From positions 1-59,720 of IMG/VR virus record IMGVR_UViG_3300020234_000033: a stretch of 59,720 nucleotides of DNA; one strand, given 5' to 3'. This document shows, piece after piece, positions 20,522-30,784 of this stretch (the first letter of the stretch is position 1; each line of letters starts with the position of its first letter). The DNA comes from a virus (lineage: Duplodnaviria > Caudoviricetes). Both the position numbers and the translations under genes were made by a program. Under the pieces are notes generated by a model. It worked only from the letters and a program-made list of their open reading frames with translations. It was not told the DNA's origin and made no database searches.

Positions 20522-21334
20522 ATGGGTGTTTTCGATTTCGTAAAGAAAGTATTTAAGAGTGTCACCAAGGGTATTTCAAAAATATTCTCATCGGTTAAAA
20601 AAGGCATAAAGCGTATTGCGGAGTCCGACTGGGCTCGAACACTTCTTGTCGGGGCAGCTATATTTACCGGAGGTATGGCACTCTCTGGTGGTATGGACGG
20701 ATGGAGCAAAGCCGCAGCTGCGGGTGAAGGGTTCCTGGGTAAGTTCGTCGGTGGCGCCGAAGGATTTATCACCGCATTGTCCAGTCCAATGGAGCAAGCG
20801 CAGAAATTAATCGCCGGAGATCGGATAGACCCCATGCAAATGGCGGCAACCCCGGCGGCTGGTATTCAGCAAAAGGCAATGGCTCCTGCAGGCGCTGACC
20901 CAGGTGGGCAAGGCCCTGGTGGAACACTGGCGACGGCGCAGGCAGCGCAGCAACAACCACCGGCCACGGCCGCTAATGCGGCGACCCAGGCCCCACCAGG
21001 GGCAGCAAAACCCGAAGAACAAAGCTGGCTGGAAAAAGCAGCCGGGTATGCCATGGACTTTGTCCAGTCACCGGTTGGTGCTCAGATGATTCAGGGTTAT
21101 GCCTCGGGTAAGGAACGCGAACAGGAACAAGAATTCGAGGACCGCGTTCGTCGGTCATGGCAGGATCCCAATAACGCGCTGGCCAAGCTCAACAGGCAGG
21201 GCGTGGGAAGCAGATTCATTAGTCGAGGAAACATCCCGGCTTATAACCCCGGTAGCTCAAGTGTGACATCTGTGTCAACAACAGGCGCGCTACCGGGCGA
21301 ACCAGTATCACCGGGCGTACCGGTAGGAGCGTAG
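20522..21334 (+). CDS. Putative internal virion (ejection) protein
   Basis: Basic amphipathic N-terminus, Gly/Ala hydrophobic segment, GAGG SD. Confidence 0.6.
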   Translation: MGVFDFVKKVFKSVTKGISKIFSSVKKGIKRIAESDWARTLLVGAAIFTGGMALSGGMDGWSKAAAAGEGFLGKFVGGAEGFITALSSPMEQAQKLIAGDRIDPMQMAATPAAGIQQKAMAPAGADPGGQGPGGTLATAQAAQQQPPATAANAATQAPPGAAKPEEQSWLEKAAGYAMDFVQSPVGAQMIQGYASGKEREQEQEFEDRVRRSWQDPNNALAKLNRQGVGSRFISRGNIPAYNPGSSSVTSVSTTGALPGEPVSPGVPVGA

Positions 21335-21336
21335 TC

Positions 21337-22191
21337 ATGCCATTGCCACCACAACCAGGGCAACCACCGCAAGGCGGCGGCGGCGGAATGCTCGCTCAGG
21401 CTGCAGCTGCAGCGGCAAAAGTGCCGGATCCAGCACAAGCGGCAGGCGGGCAACCACCATCCAGCAGTGCGGTTGGGATGCCGGATAAGCAGCAAACTCA
21501 GCCACCCGCTTCACCGATCCCTGGCCCACATGCCGAAACGATGCCGGGGGTTGCAGCTTTTCAACCAGATCTCCAGATCCCTACTGAAAAGGCGACTGAA
21601 GATGAAGAGCGGGAATATCAACGCGTCTCTGGCGCATTGGATAAAGTACTTTACGAGGAAGACAAGCTGGTTGATTCGATCATGAAGCAGCTGGATCCCA
21701 ACGATAAGATTGGGTCCACCACAAAAGCCACGGCCCTGCTGATTCAACAGTTAGATGAGCGTGTTGACATGGATGAGATTGTCATCCCGCAGATCACGAT
21801 GGATGCGGTCGACGCTGTTGCTGAGTTGGCGGAAAATAGACATAACATGCAGTTCTCGGAGCAGGATATGCAAGCTACTCTGGGCGCAACCTGGGAAGCG
21901 GTGATGGCCATGTTCGGCGTGGACAAGAATGAGCTGGACCGGTTTCAGCAAGGCTTCAAAGGACAGGGCAGATTGCTGAAACAATCACACGAAAAATTTC
22001 TCAAGCAAGGTGACGAGTCAACCCTTCCGGCAGCGTATCACCCAGCCCCGCCAGTTCCGCCAGCTCCGCCGCCACAAATGCCAGGACAGGCAGCAGCACC
22101 ACCACAGGCAGCAGCAGCACCACCACAGGCAGCAGCAGCAGCAGCGGCACCACCACAGGCACCAGTGCCGGGAGGACCGACCGGTGGGTAG
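21337..22191 (+). CDS. Hypothetical virion protein with P/Q/A low-complexity ends
   Basis: AGGAG SD; QAAAPP repeats near 22085-22160. Confidence 0.65.
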   Translation: MPLPPQPGQPPQGGGGGMLAQAAAAAAKVPDPAQAAGGQPPSSSAVGMPDKQQTQPPASPIPGPHAETMPGVAAFQPDLQIPTEKATEDEEREYQRVSGALDKVLYEEDKLVDSIMKQLDPNDKIGSTTKATALLIQQLDERVDMDEIVIPQITMDAVDAVAELAENRHNMQFSEQDMQATLGATWEAVMAMFGVDKNELDRFQQGFKGQGRLLKQSHEKFLKQGDESTLPAAYHPAPPVPPAPPPQMPGQAAAPPQAAAAPPQAAAAAAAPPQAPVPGGPTGG

Positions 22192-22921
22192 TTTAGCATT
22201 GTATGGTGCGATAGGCGGTATCGGTAAGGGACTCGAACAGGAGTACCTGCTGGACCGCGCGACCACGGAATCAGAAGCCAAGGATGCGCGTACATTCCAG
22301 CTCGAACGCATGCGACAGCAGTCCGCTATGGCACGTCAAAAAGAGCGACAGGGGGCTGAAGCTACCCGCTTGGAATCTCAGTACGGACCGGGTGGCTATT
22401 CAGAGCAGGCCGCTGTTAAGAAAGAAGAGCGAGACGTGTTGTCTGCGGGCGTGCAGGATCTCCACGAGATCCAGCTCGAAGAGATGCGGCAAAAAGGGCA
22501 GACCTCGCGGTCTCGGCTGTCAATCACTGAAAATAGAGAGCCGTTTGATTTCAATGTGACTAAGCGGTCAGAGACATGGAACCCGGCGACCAACGAAACC
22601 ACTATCACACCAGCGCAGAGCACGGTGACCGATAAGATAACCAACGTAACATACGTTCAGGAAGGACTGGCTTACATACCGCAGGGATGGGACTCACCCA
22701 GTAAATCCAAACTGGAGGCAGGACAGAAAGCTTTGACGTGGTTATTGCAATCGCCCGACCGGGAGAAAGCGCGAGAGAACTCCTTGATATATCTGCGCAC
22801 CTTCGGTTACTTACCGGCTGAATATTTCAACAAGTATGGCGGCGGTGGTGACCGGCTCAAGAAGGTTACAGAGCGAGGTAGCGAGTCCACCATAACACCA
22901 GCCAATCCAGTGGTTCAATGA
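22184..22921 (+). CDS. Putative internal virion protein
   Basis: GGAGG at 22171 then GTG 22184 (MGSLALYGAIGGIGKGL); coiled coil. The upstream extension in the ORF track is a shadow frame. Confidence 0.6.
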   Translation: MGSLALYGAIGGIGKGLEQEYLLDRATTESEAKDARTFQLERMRQQSAMARQKERQGAEATRLESQYGPGGYSEQAAVKKEERDVLSAGVQDLHEIQLEEMRQKGQTSRSRLSITENREPFDFNVTKRSETWNPATNETTITPAQSTVTDKITNVTYVQEGLAYIPQGWDSPSKSKLEAGQKALTWLLQSPDREKARENSLIYLRTFGYLPAEYFNKYGGGGDRLKKVTERGSESTITPANPVVQ

Positions 22922-22925
22922 GTAA

Positions 22926-25900
22926 ATGCCAACTACTCCGGAAGAGGTAAATAGATTAACGACGCCCGGTGCGCAGGGTCCGTGGACGCCTGAGAGTGGG
23001 CGCTCTCCTTCCCCTGAAGAATTATTGGCCTATTACAGTGATGTGCCTGAAGCGATCACTGAGGACTACGAGGCACCGCCTGAACCGGTAGTGCCTGAAC
23101 CCGCTGTCGAGGAACCATGGACCCCTGAGAGTGGACGCACCCCTACCGCGGAAGAGCTTGGCTCTTTCTACATCGAGCCCGAGCCCGAGCCACCACCACC
23201 CGAACCAGTACCCCTGACACCTGAGGAGCAGTTGCGCCAGACCCCCGGGTTGCTTTCCCCGGAAGCCCGGGCCGCGCTCGAATCAGTCGTACCGGAAGAG
23301 GAGCCTGTGCCTGAGCTGGTCGCGCCAGAACCAGTCACCCTGGTTGAGCCTGAGATAGAGCCATGGGATCCAGAGTCAGGCGAAGATCCAACACCTGAAC
23401 AACTGCGTGTGTGGTCAGGCATGAGCGCAGAAGACGCCCCGCTCAGAGCAACCCTGGTCAACCCAATTAACTTACCGTCTAAGCCAATCGATGAATCGCC
23501 CGGTCGGTCTATGACGGCTCTTGGCAACGCAGTACAAAGCGCCGGTAAAATGCTTTCCAGCATACCGAAAGCGATACAGCTGTGGTTTGCTCCTAGTACC
23601 GCACTACTGCCGTGGATGGACGAGATGGATCGCATTGATGCAGATCCGAACTCCACGGAACTAGAACGAAAAATTCATTACCAAAAAGGAAACATTGAAT
23701 TTGTAGGTCAATACGGTCTTGGTTACTTTTCTGAATCAACGTCTCTTTTCCGTCGATATATGGAAGGAGAAGAGATCGACGGTGAAATTAACAAGGGTGA
23801 AACCCTGACTAAAAACAGGGCCAAAGTAAGAGCTGAATTCCTCGACGCCATGCGTAAGACAGTGGACCGGCCACTGTACAAAGCCGGTGAGGCATTCGAT
23901 CAAGGAGTGCGTGAGTCTTTCCCTGCCAATCCTGAATATCAGGAGGAGTGGCTTACCAGCAAGATACCGAGTGGCCTGGGATCTGTTGTGGGTTATATGA
24001 CAGTGTTCGCGCTCACCAGAAGGGTTGTCGGTGCGCGCACTGGCGGAGTAATAGGCCCAGGCGCAGCAGTGACAACCACTGCCGGTGTTGGCGTCACCAC
24101 ACAACAAGCTTTTGCATTTGAGGATGCGTTGACATCGGGTGCGGAAATTGACGAGGCCTTTGATTCTGCATTCTCAGGGTACACCACCTTGTCCGGTATG
24201 TCGGAGGCGATACCGATCAGTCGATTCTTCGGGCGCGCGGACGCGGCCAGCGGCGGTGCCATAAAAAAGGCCCTGATCCGGATGTTCAAACAGGGCGGTG
24301 AGGAAGCACTACAGGAAGGCTTTCAGGACATCATGGGTAACCTGACCGCGCTGAAGTTATATGATCCTGAGCGGCAACTGTGGGGTGCGGGTACCGGTGA
24401 GGCAGCTGCGGTTGGTTTCACCACCGGCGCCATCGTCGAGTTCATTGCGTCTATGTTCTTACCCGGTCGACGTCGTGGTACGGCAGCGCGCGGGCCGGAG
24501 GCCATTGAGAAGACACTGCAGGATCAACTGGACGAAGCCCGGGCAGCGGTAGTTGCAGAAGGTGGCGACGTCCTCGATGAGGCAGAAGCAGCCAGCCGGG
24601 TCATGGCAGAACTGTCACCAGAGATGCGTGTGCAGCAGGAGGCTACCAAGAATAGATTACTAGCGGCACGTGAAGCCCGGGCCGAGCGTAACAAAGCAGG
24701 GGAGCCGCTGGCCGGACTGGTGCAGGCCGAGTCAGATATCGCGCGCCTGCCATTCGAGCAACAGGCTGAAGTCGTTGCTCGTGGTGTCGCTGAAGAGATA
24801 GCCGCGGCCAAGCAGCTGGCCTTCGAGCGTGCTGAGGAAGAAGCCGAGGTCCAGAAAGTCGAAGAGGTCAAGGAAGCCGAGTTCCAGCAGGAGCTGCAAA
24901 AGGGTGAAGCCCAGGAAGAAGTTGGCGCGGCCCTCGAAGTTGCAGAGGAAGTTCAGGCTGAGGTCACACCCACCACCATCGGTGAGGCCATCGAGCCCGA
25001 GGCCCGTGAAGGTCTGAAGCGGATGCAGGCAGCACTGGCGAAAGAAGCTGCACCTGAACCCGAGGTGGCCGAAGAGCCAGCGCCTGAGCCCGAGGTGGCC
25101 GAAGAGCCAGCGCCTGAGCCCGAGGTGGTTGAAGAGCCAGCGCCTGAGCCCGAGGTGGTTGAAGAACCAGCTGAACCTGTCGCTGCTGCGGAGATCACAA
25201 CACAGCCGGACATGTTCGAAGAGCCCGCCTTACCCGGTGAGCGCCCCGTAGCGGAGACTAACGCACTGATCAAGGCCAAGGCCGATCAGGCAGCGACGTC
25301 GCCTACAAACGCCCTTCCTGAACCGACAGAGGCCCAGGTTGAGGTGGGTAACTACAAGAAGGGTCACCTGACTGCGCAGGATACCGGCATCCCGGGTATC
25401 GAGATCACGATTGAGAACCCCGCAGGATCCACGCGCTCGGGCACGGACGCAGCTGGTAATCCGTGGTCGCAGAAAATGCGCGATCACTACGGCTACATCA
25501 AACGCACCGAGAGCGCTGAGGGCCCTGAGGAGCAGCTCGATGTATTCGTCGGCGAGAACCTCGACAGTGATCTCGTATTTGTTATCGATCAGGTCAACCA
25601 GAACACCGGTGAGTTCGACGAGCATAAGGTCATGATGGGTTACCGCAGTCAGATGGACGCCGTGCGCGCGTACAAGCGCAACTACCAACGCAAGTGGAAA
25701 GTCGGCCCGGTCACTGTGATGACCCGGGAACAGTTCGCCGGGTGGCTGGAACGAGGTGACCAGACCCAGGCCGTCGACAGGACATTACGTGGGACACGAG
25801 TTGCGTCAGCTGCCGAGGTAGCGGATATAGCTCGTGAGCAGGGAGAGGTGGTTCGGTTCAGTGTCGAAGATGTACCAAGCCCTGGCGCCAGTGCAGCTGC

Positions 25901-26909
25901 GCAGGCCGAGATGGAAGTCGTGCCAACACCTGAGACAGTTTCTGAGACAGAAATTGCTGAAGACATGGCCGCAGCTCTCGCTCGCGTGGACACAATTTCG
26001 GACACGTATGACTTCACCGCCATGACTAAATCTGACCGGGCGTCACTCGCGACGCATCTGACTGACCGAGGCTACACCACCATGGAAGCAGCAAAGGTTA
26101 TCTCGGATCTGCAGAAAGGCGACGCACTGGCTCTCGATGACATCAACGTGCAAGCCTGGGTCGAGGGCAAACAGCCGAGCGTGGTCCGGGTTAAGGATGC
26201 CAAGGCTGCAGTCAAACCTATCACTGATGAGCTTACCCAGTTGAAGCCAGTCATCGTCACGGATCCTAGCGACAGCCGGGTACCTGAAACCCTGCAGCGT
26301 CTGATGCGTGATCGGCGAGCCATGCGCGCTAAGGGTGCGTACTTCAATGGCAAGCTTTACATCTTCGCCAATAATCACGAGACCGCTGATGACGTCGTAC
26401 GGACCCTGCTGCATGAAGGTGTGGCTCACCAAGGTCTGCGCGCGCTCTTCAAGAATGACACCGAACTGAATGCCATCCTCGATGAGGTGTACGCCAGCAT
26501 GACCCAAGCCGAGATCGATACCATGCGAGGCCGTGCGCGCGCGTACGCGAACATCGATCTCACCACAGAGGAGGGGCAGCGGGAAATGGCCGAGGAACAC
26601 ATCGCACATCTAGCCGAGACAGATCCGCAGCAAACGGTTATCCAACGACTGGTGGCCATGGTCCGGTCCATGCTACGCAGCGTCGGCATGACCATGAAAT
26701 ACACCAATGATGACATCGTCGCCATACTGGCAGACTCCAGACGTGAGCTGCGTAAGACTGTACCACTGAGTAGGATTAACATAGTGTCCCAGGTTCAGGT
26801 TGCGGAGACCGGCGAGGTGATCGAGATAGAAGAGCGTGCCGACGTCGCCATCCGACAGCTTGAGAAACGGATGAACATCATTGAAACACTGAGAGGATGC
26901 GCGGCATGA
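22926..26909 (+). CDS. Large polyvalent internal virion protein with an inorganic-pyrophosphatase-like domain and an HExxxH zincin-like domain
   Basis: GNYKKGH...IENPAGS.RSG...HYGYI...LDVF...IDQ...FDEHKVMMG (~25340-25700); LLHEGVAHQGLR...AEEHIAH (~26400-26610). Confidence 0.75.
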   Translation: MPTTPEEVNRLTTPGAQGPWTPESGRSPSPEELLAYYSDVPEAITEDYEAPPEPVVPEPAVEEPWTPESGRTPTAEELGSFYIEPEPEPPPPEPVPLTPEEQLRQTPGLLSPEARAALESVVPEEEPVPELVAPEPVTLVEPEIEPWDPESGEDPTPEQLRVWSGMSAEDAPLRATLVNPINLPSKPIDESPGRSMTALGNAVQSAGKMLSSIPKAIQLWFAPSTALLPWMDEMDRIDADPNSTELERKIHYQKGNIEFVGQYGLGYFSESTSLFRRYMEGEEIDGEINKGETLTKNRAKVRAEFLDAMRKTVDRPLYKAGEAFDQGVRESFPANPEYQEEWLTSKIPSGLGSVVGYMTVFALTRRVVGARTGGVIGPGAAVTTTAGVGVTTQQAFAFEDALTSGAEIDEAFDSAFSGYTTLSGMSEAIPISRFFGRADAASGGAIKKALIRMFKQGGEEALQEGFQDIMGNLTALKLYDPERQLWGAGTGEAAAVGFTTGAIVEFIASMFLPGRRRGTAARGPEAIEKTLQDQLDEARAAVVAEGGDVLDEAEAASRVMAELSPEMRVQQEATKNRLLAAREARAERNKAGEPLAGLVQAESDIARLPFEQQAEVVARGVAEEIAAAKQLAFERAEEEAEVQKVEEVKEAEFQQELQKGEAQEEVGAALEVAEEVQAEVTPTTIGEAIEPEAREGLKRMQAALAKEAAPEPEVAEEPAPEPEVAEEPAPEPEVVEEPAPEPEVVEEPAEPVAAAEITTQPDMFEEPALPGERPVAETNALIKAKADQAATSPTNALPEPTEAQVEVGNYKKGHLTAQDTGIPGIEITIENPAGSTRSGTDAAGNPWSQKMRDHYGYIKRTESAEGPEEQLDVFVGENLDSDLVFVIDQVNQNTGEFDEHKVMMGYRSQMDAVRAYKRNYQRKWKVGPVTVMTREQFAGWLERGDQTQAVDRTLRGTRVASAAEVADIAREQGEVVRFSVEDVPSPGASAAAQAEMEVVPTPETVSETEIAEDMAAALARVDTISDTYDFTAMTKSDRASLATHLTDRGYTTMEAAKVISDLQKGDALALDDINVQAWVEGKQPSVVRVKDAKAAVKPITDELTQLKPVIVTDPSDSRVPETLQRLMRDRRAMRAKGAYFNGKLYIFANNHETADDVVRTLLHEGVAHQGLRALFKNDTELNAILDEVYASMTQAEIDTMRGRARAYANIDLTTEEGQREMAEEHIAHLAETDPQQTVIQRLVAMVRSMLRSVGMTMKYTNDDIVAILADSRRELRKTVPLSRINIVSQVQVAETGEVIEIEERADVAIRQLEKRMNIIETLRGCAA
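25051..25170 (+). repeat. 30-nt tandem repeat x4 (APEPEV[A/V]EEP linker)
   Basis: cgcctgagcccgaggtgg(cc/tt)gaagagccag units at 25051, 25081, 25111 and 25141. Confidence 0.9.
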
Positions 26910-27352
26910 GATCAACTCCGATAGCCGAGGTGGGTAATTTCACTGCAGTGCTGCAACAAATTAGCGAGCGGCTTGAGGCCCTCGAAAAGTGTGTCAGCGA
27001 TATGAAGCAGTACGAGATCGATCACACCGAGATGCACCGGGTCTTGGCCGCTGCAACTGGTAAGAACACTGCCTCGGTACAGAAGACCCTGGCCCATGCA
27101 GTCACTGCACATCAGCAAACGATGGAGTTAGCCATACAGCATCACAGCCAGCAGGTTGCTGCGACACTGGCCGCTAACATCGACTCCACGCGTGACATGA
27201 TTCAGGCCATGGTCGAGACCATCAATAATGCTACTGGACAGGAGATCGAAGTACACCTGCCCGATCAGCCGGAGCGCAAGCTACTGGACTACGACATCAT
27301 TCGCGGGCCGAATAATCTCCTGTCTAAAATCAGAGAAGTTGAACAACAGTGA
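26906..27352 (+). CDS. Hypothetical coiled-coil protein
   Basis: ATGA coupling; GAGG SD. Confidence 0.65.
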   Translation: MRSTPIAEVGNFTAVLQQISERLEALEKCVSDMKQYEIDHTEMHRVLAAATGKNTASVQKTLAHAVTAHQQTMELAIQHHSQQVAATLAANIDSTRDMIQAMVETINNATGQEIEVHLPDQPERKLLDYDIIRGPNNLLSKIREVEQQ

Positions 27353-29775
27353 GTGATGGATCCTCGACGGTACACCTGACACCGAGCGGGTCACCGTTAG
27401 AAAGCGTCGGGGTCACTGTCTCTGCCGAGTACAGGTTCCAAACATCTATCGTTGAGGCTGATCCCGGTAACGGCAACTTCCGCATGGACAATGCGACGCC
27501 TGCCTCCGTTACCGAATTATTTATCTCCAGTACGACCGACAATGGCATCGACCTAAACAACATCCTCGGGCTCATCAGTGTTGGCGATCAGCTCTACATT
27601 CAGCAGGACAACGACGCAAGCAAGTTCATTCTGTTTGATGTCACGGCGAATGTGGACAATACCGGCTGGTTCTCAATAGCAGGTACGGCCAGTGTCAGCG
27701 GCACGATCTTCGACAACAATGCCAAGTGCCACATACTCATACTGTTCGGCGGCACTGGCGGCGCTGGCGGTGGTGATGTCTTTAAGGTAGGCACTCCGGT
27801 CGATAATCAGGTCGGCATCTGGACTGGCGACGGTACGATTGAAGGCGCTGTTGGCCTTATTTGGAGCGCAAATGGTTTTCTCGACGTTCGTTCGTCAACT
27901 TCACCGGGACTTGGTTCGGCTCAGACGGTAGCCACTACATTAGCGATGGCCGATGGCACGTTGCTGGCGGCTGTTGGCTTCGGCTCTTCTGCAGACTTTC
28001 AGATCACGAACTTCAATCACGGCGGTAATATACTCATTCAGGGAGAGGATGTTGGCGGAACTCTAATACCGTTCTTCACACTCGATCCCGATCTCCTGAG
28101 AAACCTGTCGGAAGTGCCGATCTATTTTGAAGGGCAAGCGGCAGCGGGTTTCGACTTCCTCAATCACGGACAGTTTTGGGTACGCGACGACTCGCCAACT
28201 ACCCCGATGTTCACCAACAGCTTCGGGACTGACTTTGAGCTGAATGATGGCGACGTAAATGCGGGTGCGGGTGCGGCTGAGTTTCGGATCGCCGTCTTTG
28301 ATGGATCGAATGACATCATAGGCGATGCCAATTTCACCTACGGATTAAACGGCAACCCTGAACAGATGATGATTCAGGTCGATACCAACACCATCAACGA
28401 GGTTGGCCTTCTCTTTCTTGATCCCAATAGTATATTCAATCCTGACGGTTTTGGAATCATGCCGGGGCAGGCCGGTTTGTTCGACGGTTCGCTGATCTTC
28501 ACAGATGACCCGACTGATACTGTCAACAATCGCAACATGACTATGGTCAAGAACAATTCGGTGGCCTTTGGAAAAGGTTGTGCGGTAGCTGCTGGTGTTA
28601 CTTTCCGATCAGAGTCAGCAGGCGCACTGGCGTACTTCCAGCCGCAGGACATTACCGGACGCGAGGAAACAAAAATCTCTTTCGTCGGTGAAGTCGGAGG
28701 TACAGGACATGAAGGCGTGTTCAGCATCGAAGGCTTCGCTTACGGTGATGCCGGTCTGCAATTCCATCGCATGGCTCACTTCGTCATTGACGCTGACTAC
28801 ACGCTACACACTGATCTTTTCGGCACACTGAATCTTGGCACATTAGGTGCTAACGCGCCTGTCTTGTCAGGTGACAATGCTGCAATAGGTTACACGCAGG
28901 CCAACGGTCTGGAGCTGACTGGTCAGGGTACGGACAACGATCTTGTTATCTTTGACGATGGTCACCAATTGTGTCTGAGCAAGCCTAGTGGTTCAGCCGG
29001 ATTTAGATTCCACCAGCGGTTTTCGCCAACTAGGTTTACCGAATTTGAGCAGGGTAATCCCGACTTCTCTATCACCAGCGAAGCCAATGTCACAGACTTC
29101 TTGATCGGCGGCTACTCTGGTCTGCTTGATATTGCCAGTGATCTGACGGTTGAAGGCATCCGGCCCTCTGGCACCGTCGAGTGGGACAAGGGTGCTGACA
29201 TTGCCAGCGCGACTACGCTGGTCCTGGGCTCAGACGGAAACTCGTTCGACGTCACTGGCACCACGGACATCGAGGCGATTAGCGCTAAGCCGATTGGCAC
29301 AGTCATCATATTGCAATTTGACGCTGTGGCAAGACTGATCTACGACGCGACTGCCTTGGATTTAGATGGCGACGTGGATATGGTCCCTGAGACCAACGAC
29401 ACCATAGGATTGTATTGCTACGATGGCACCAACTGGCGTGAACTTTTCAGAACTGACGGTCAGGGTGTTCGTGTATCAGGCTCGATTGCCGATCAATCAA
29501 TGGTGCGTGGCAACGGCGGGGCCAAACGTGTCCAAGATACCGGGAACCTCATTGGCGATGATGATGAGATTATCATGGCCGGTACCGTTATACTCCAGAG
29601 CTTCACCGATGCACAGTTGAACGATGACGGCAATTCTGTGAATACGAACGATGGCAAGGCCGCAGGCGCTATGGTGTTCAATAGCACTCAGGGTCACGCG
29701 GTCACGGCGCAAGGTTCGGGTTCTGGCGACGTCTGGAATGATGGCGTTGGTACTACAACCAACACGCCGGTATAG
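27349..29775 (+). CDS. Tail fibre / virion appendage protein 2
   Basis: Shares the GGDV.KVGTPV.N..G.WTGDGT.EG module, the FWVRDD.P..PMFT module and the C-terminal GAMV.N...W.DG.GTT.NTPV domain with fibre 1. Confidence 0.7.
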   Translation: MSDGSSTVHLTPSGSPLESVGVTVSAEYRFQTSIVEADPGNGNFRMDNATPASVTELFISSTTDNGIDLNNILGLISVGDQLYIQQDNDASKFILFDVTANVDNTGWFSIAGTASVSGTIFDNNAKCHILILFGGTGGAGGGDVFKVGTPVDNQVGIWTGDGTIEGAVGLIWSANGFLDVRSSTSPGLGSAQTVATTLAMADGTLLAAVGFGSSADFQITNFNHGGNILIQGEDVGGTLIPFFTLDPDLLRNLSEVPIYFEGQAAAGFDFLNHGQFWVRDDSPTTPMFTNSFGTDFELNDGDVNAGAGAAEFRIAVFDGSNDIIGDANFTYGLNGNPEQMMIQVDTNTINEVGLLFLDPNSIFNPDGFGIMPGQAGLFDGSLIFTDDPTDTVNNRNMTMVKNNSVAFGKGCAVAAGVTFRSESAGALAYFQPQDITGREETKISFVGEVGGTGHEGVFSIEGFAYGDAGLQFHRMAHFVIDADYTLHTDLFGTLNLGTLGANAPVLSGDNAAIGYTQANGLELTGQGTDNDLVIFDDGHQLCLSKPSGSAGFRFHQRFSPTRFTEFEQGNPDFSITSEANVTDFLIGGYSGLLDIASDLTVEGIRPSGTVEWDKGADIASATTLVLGSDGNSFDVTGTTDIEAISAKPIGTVIILQFDAVARLIYDATALDLDGDVDMVPETNDTIGLYCYDGTNWRELFRTDGQGVRVSGSIADQSMVRGNGGAKRVQDTGNLIGDDDEIIMAGTVILQSFTDAQLNDDGNSVNTNDGKAAGAMVFNSTQGHAVTAQGSGSGDVWNDGVGTTTNTPV

Positions 29776-29784
29776 GAAACGATA

Positions 29785-30099
29785 ATGCCAAGACAAGACC
29801 AACTAGGAATCAAGTGGTGGTGGTGCTGCCCGGTGTGCCTGTGGTCTGCGAACACCAAGAACAATGACAACGACAACGTGAAGTGTCCGAATTGCTTTAA
29901 TCCCGCTCTCGACGTCTGCACGGATTTTGAGGTATTCAGGGAACTGAGATACGATGTCTCGGTTCGCAATGACAGGCAGCAAGTTGTGGCCGATGAAGTG
30001 CGGCAGAATCAAGGACGACCACCGGCCCCGCCTGACACAGTGAACACCGGAAACCAGGGTTTTAATTATCGACCGGGTGAGGAGCCCTTCCCACCATAA
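29785..30099 (+). CDS. Hypothetical Zn-ribbon protein
   Basis: CPVC...CPNC motifs. Confidence 0.6.
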   Translation: MPRQDQLGIKWWWCCPVCLWSANTKNNDNDNVKCPNCFNPALDVCTDFEVFRELRYDVSVRNDRQQVVADEVRQNQGRPPAPPDTVNTGNQGFNYRPGEEPFPP

Positions 30100-30524
30100 T
30101 GGAAATCATATTCACATCGTATTGGGAAAGCGATCCTGGCATACCGCTGGTCGCGCCGGGTGAGGATCCGACGATTCGGATCCGGCGACTCGATACCAAC
30201 GCACTCGTGGTCACTGATGCCGCGATGGATGAAGTCGGTGACGGCATGTTCAAGTTCATCTACTCCACGCCGGTCGAAGGCGTCCAGTTCTCTGCCCGGG
30301 CCGATGGGGATCCAACTGCGATAACCCAGGTTCCGGCGAGCGTTCGATATAACACAGGATCCGGTGACAACTTCGCGGCCGAGGTGTGGCAGAATGAAGG
30401 ACTGGATCCGAACGAGCCGAAAGACATCACCGTCAATTCACCCACCGACATGGATGAAGACGTCGACCAGATCCACAAGGATTCTGTTACTGTCGGCGAC
30501 ACTACCACGCAGACCAGAACGTAA
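30099..30524 (+). CDS. Hypothetical virion-associated beta-rich protein
   Basis: TAATG coupling; MDEVGDGMF.F motif. Confidence 0.6.
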   Translation: MEIIFTSYWESDPGIPLVAPGEDPTIRIRRLDTNALVVTDAAMDEVGDGMFKFIYSTPVEGVQFSARADGDPTAITQVPASVRYNTGSGDNFAAEVWQNEGLDPNEPKDITVNSPTDMDEDVDQIHKDSVTVGDTTTQTRT

Positions 30525-30784
30525 TGGCCCAGGAATTCAATGCGTTCTCAGTCGCCACAAAAGGCTATGCGTGCGGTCTCGGTACGACCGGGTTCTTTGC
30601 CTTCGCAATCGCATCGAAGGGTTATATATGCGATGCTGAAGAAGTAGCAGTCCGTGGTGGTGACAGCTCTAAGGGTAAGTGGGCGAAGAAGCAGCTCGAC
30701 ACATCGCTGGCAACCATGCTGGCCCGGGAAGATGAAGAGGCGCTGTCCATCATCATCGCGATCAGTAGAAAGAGGCGACATTAA
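30524..30784 (+). CDS. Hypothetical protein
   Basis: TAATG coupling on both sides. Confidence 0.6.
   Translation: MAQEFNAFSVATKGYACGLGTTGFFAFAIASKGYICDAEEVAVRGGDSSKGKWAKKQLDTSLATMLAREDEEALSIIIAISRKRRH

Noticed and set aside
12828-29775. Diversity-generating retroelement acting on the fibres
   Set aside because: There is no reverse transcriptase, and the similarity between fibre ends is at the protein level without adenine-specific mismatches.
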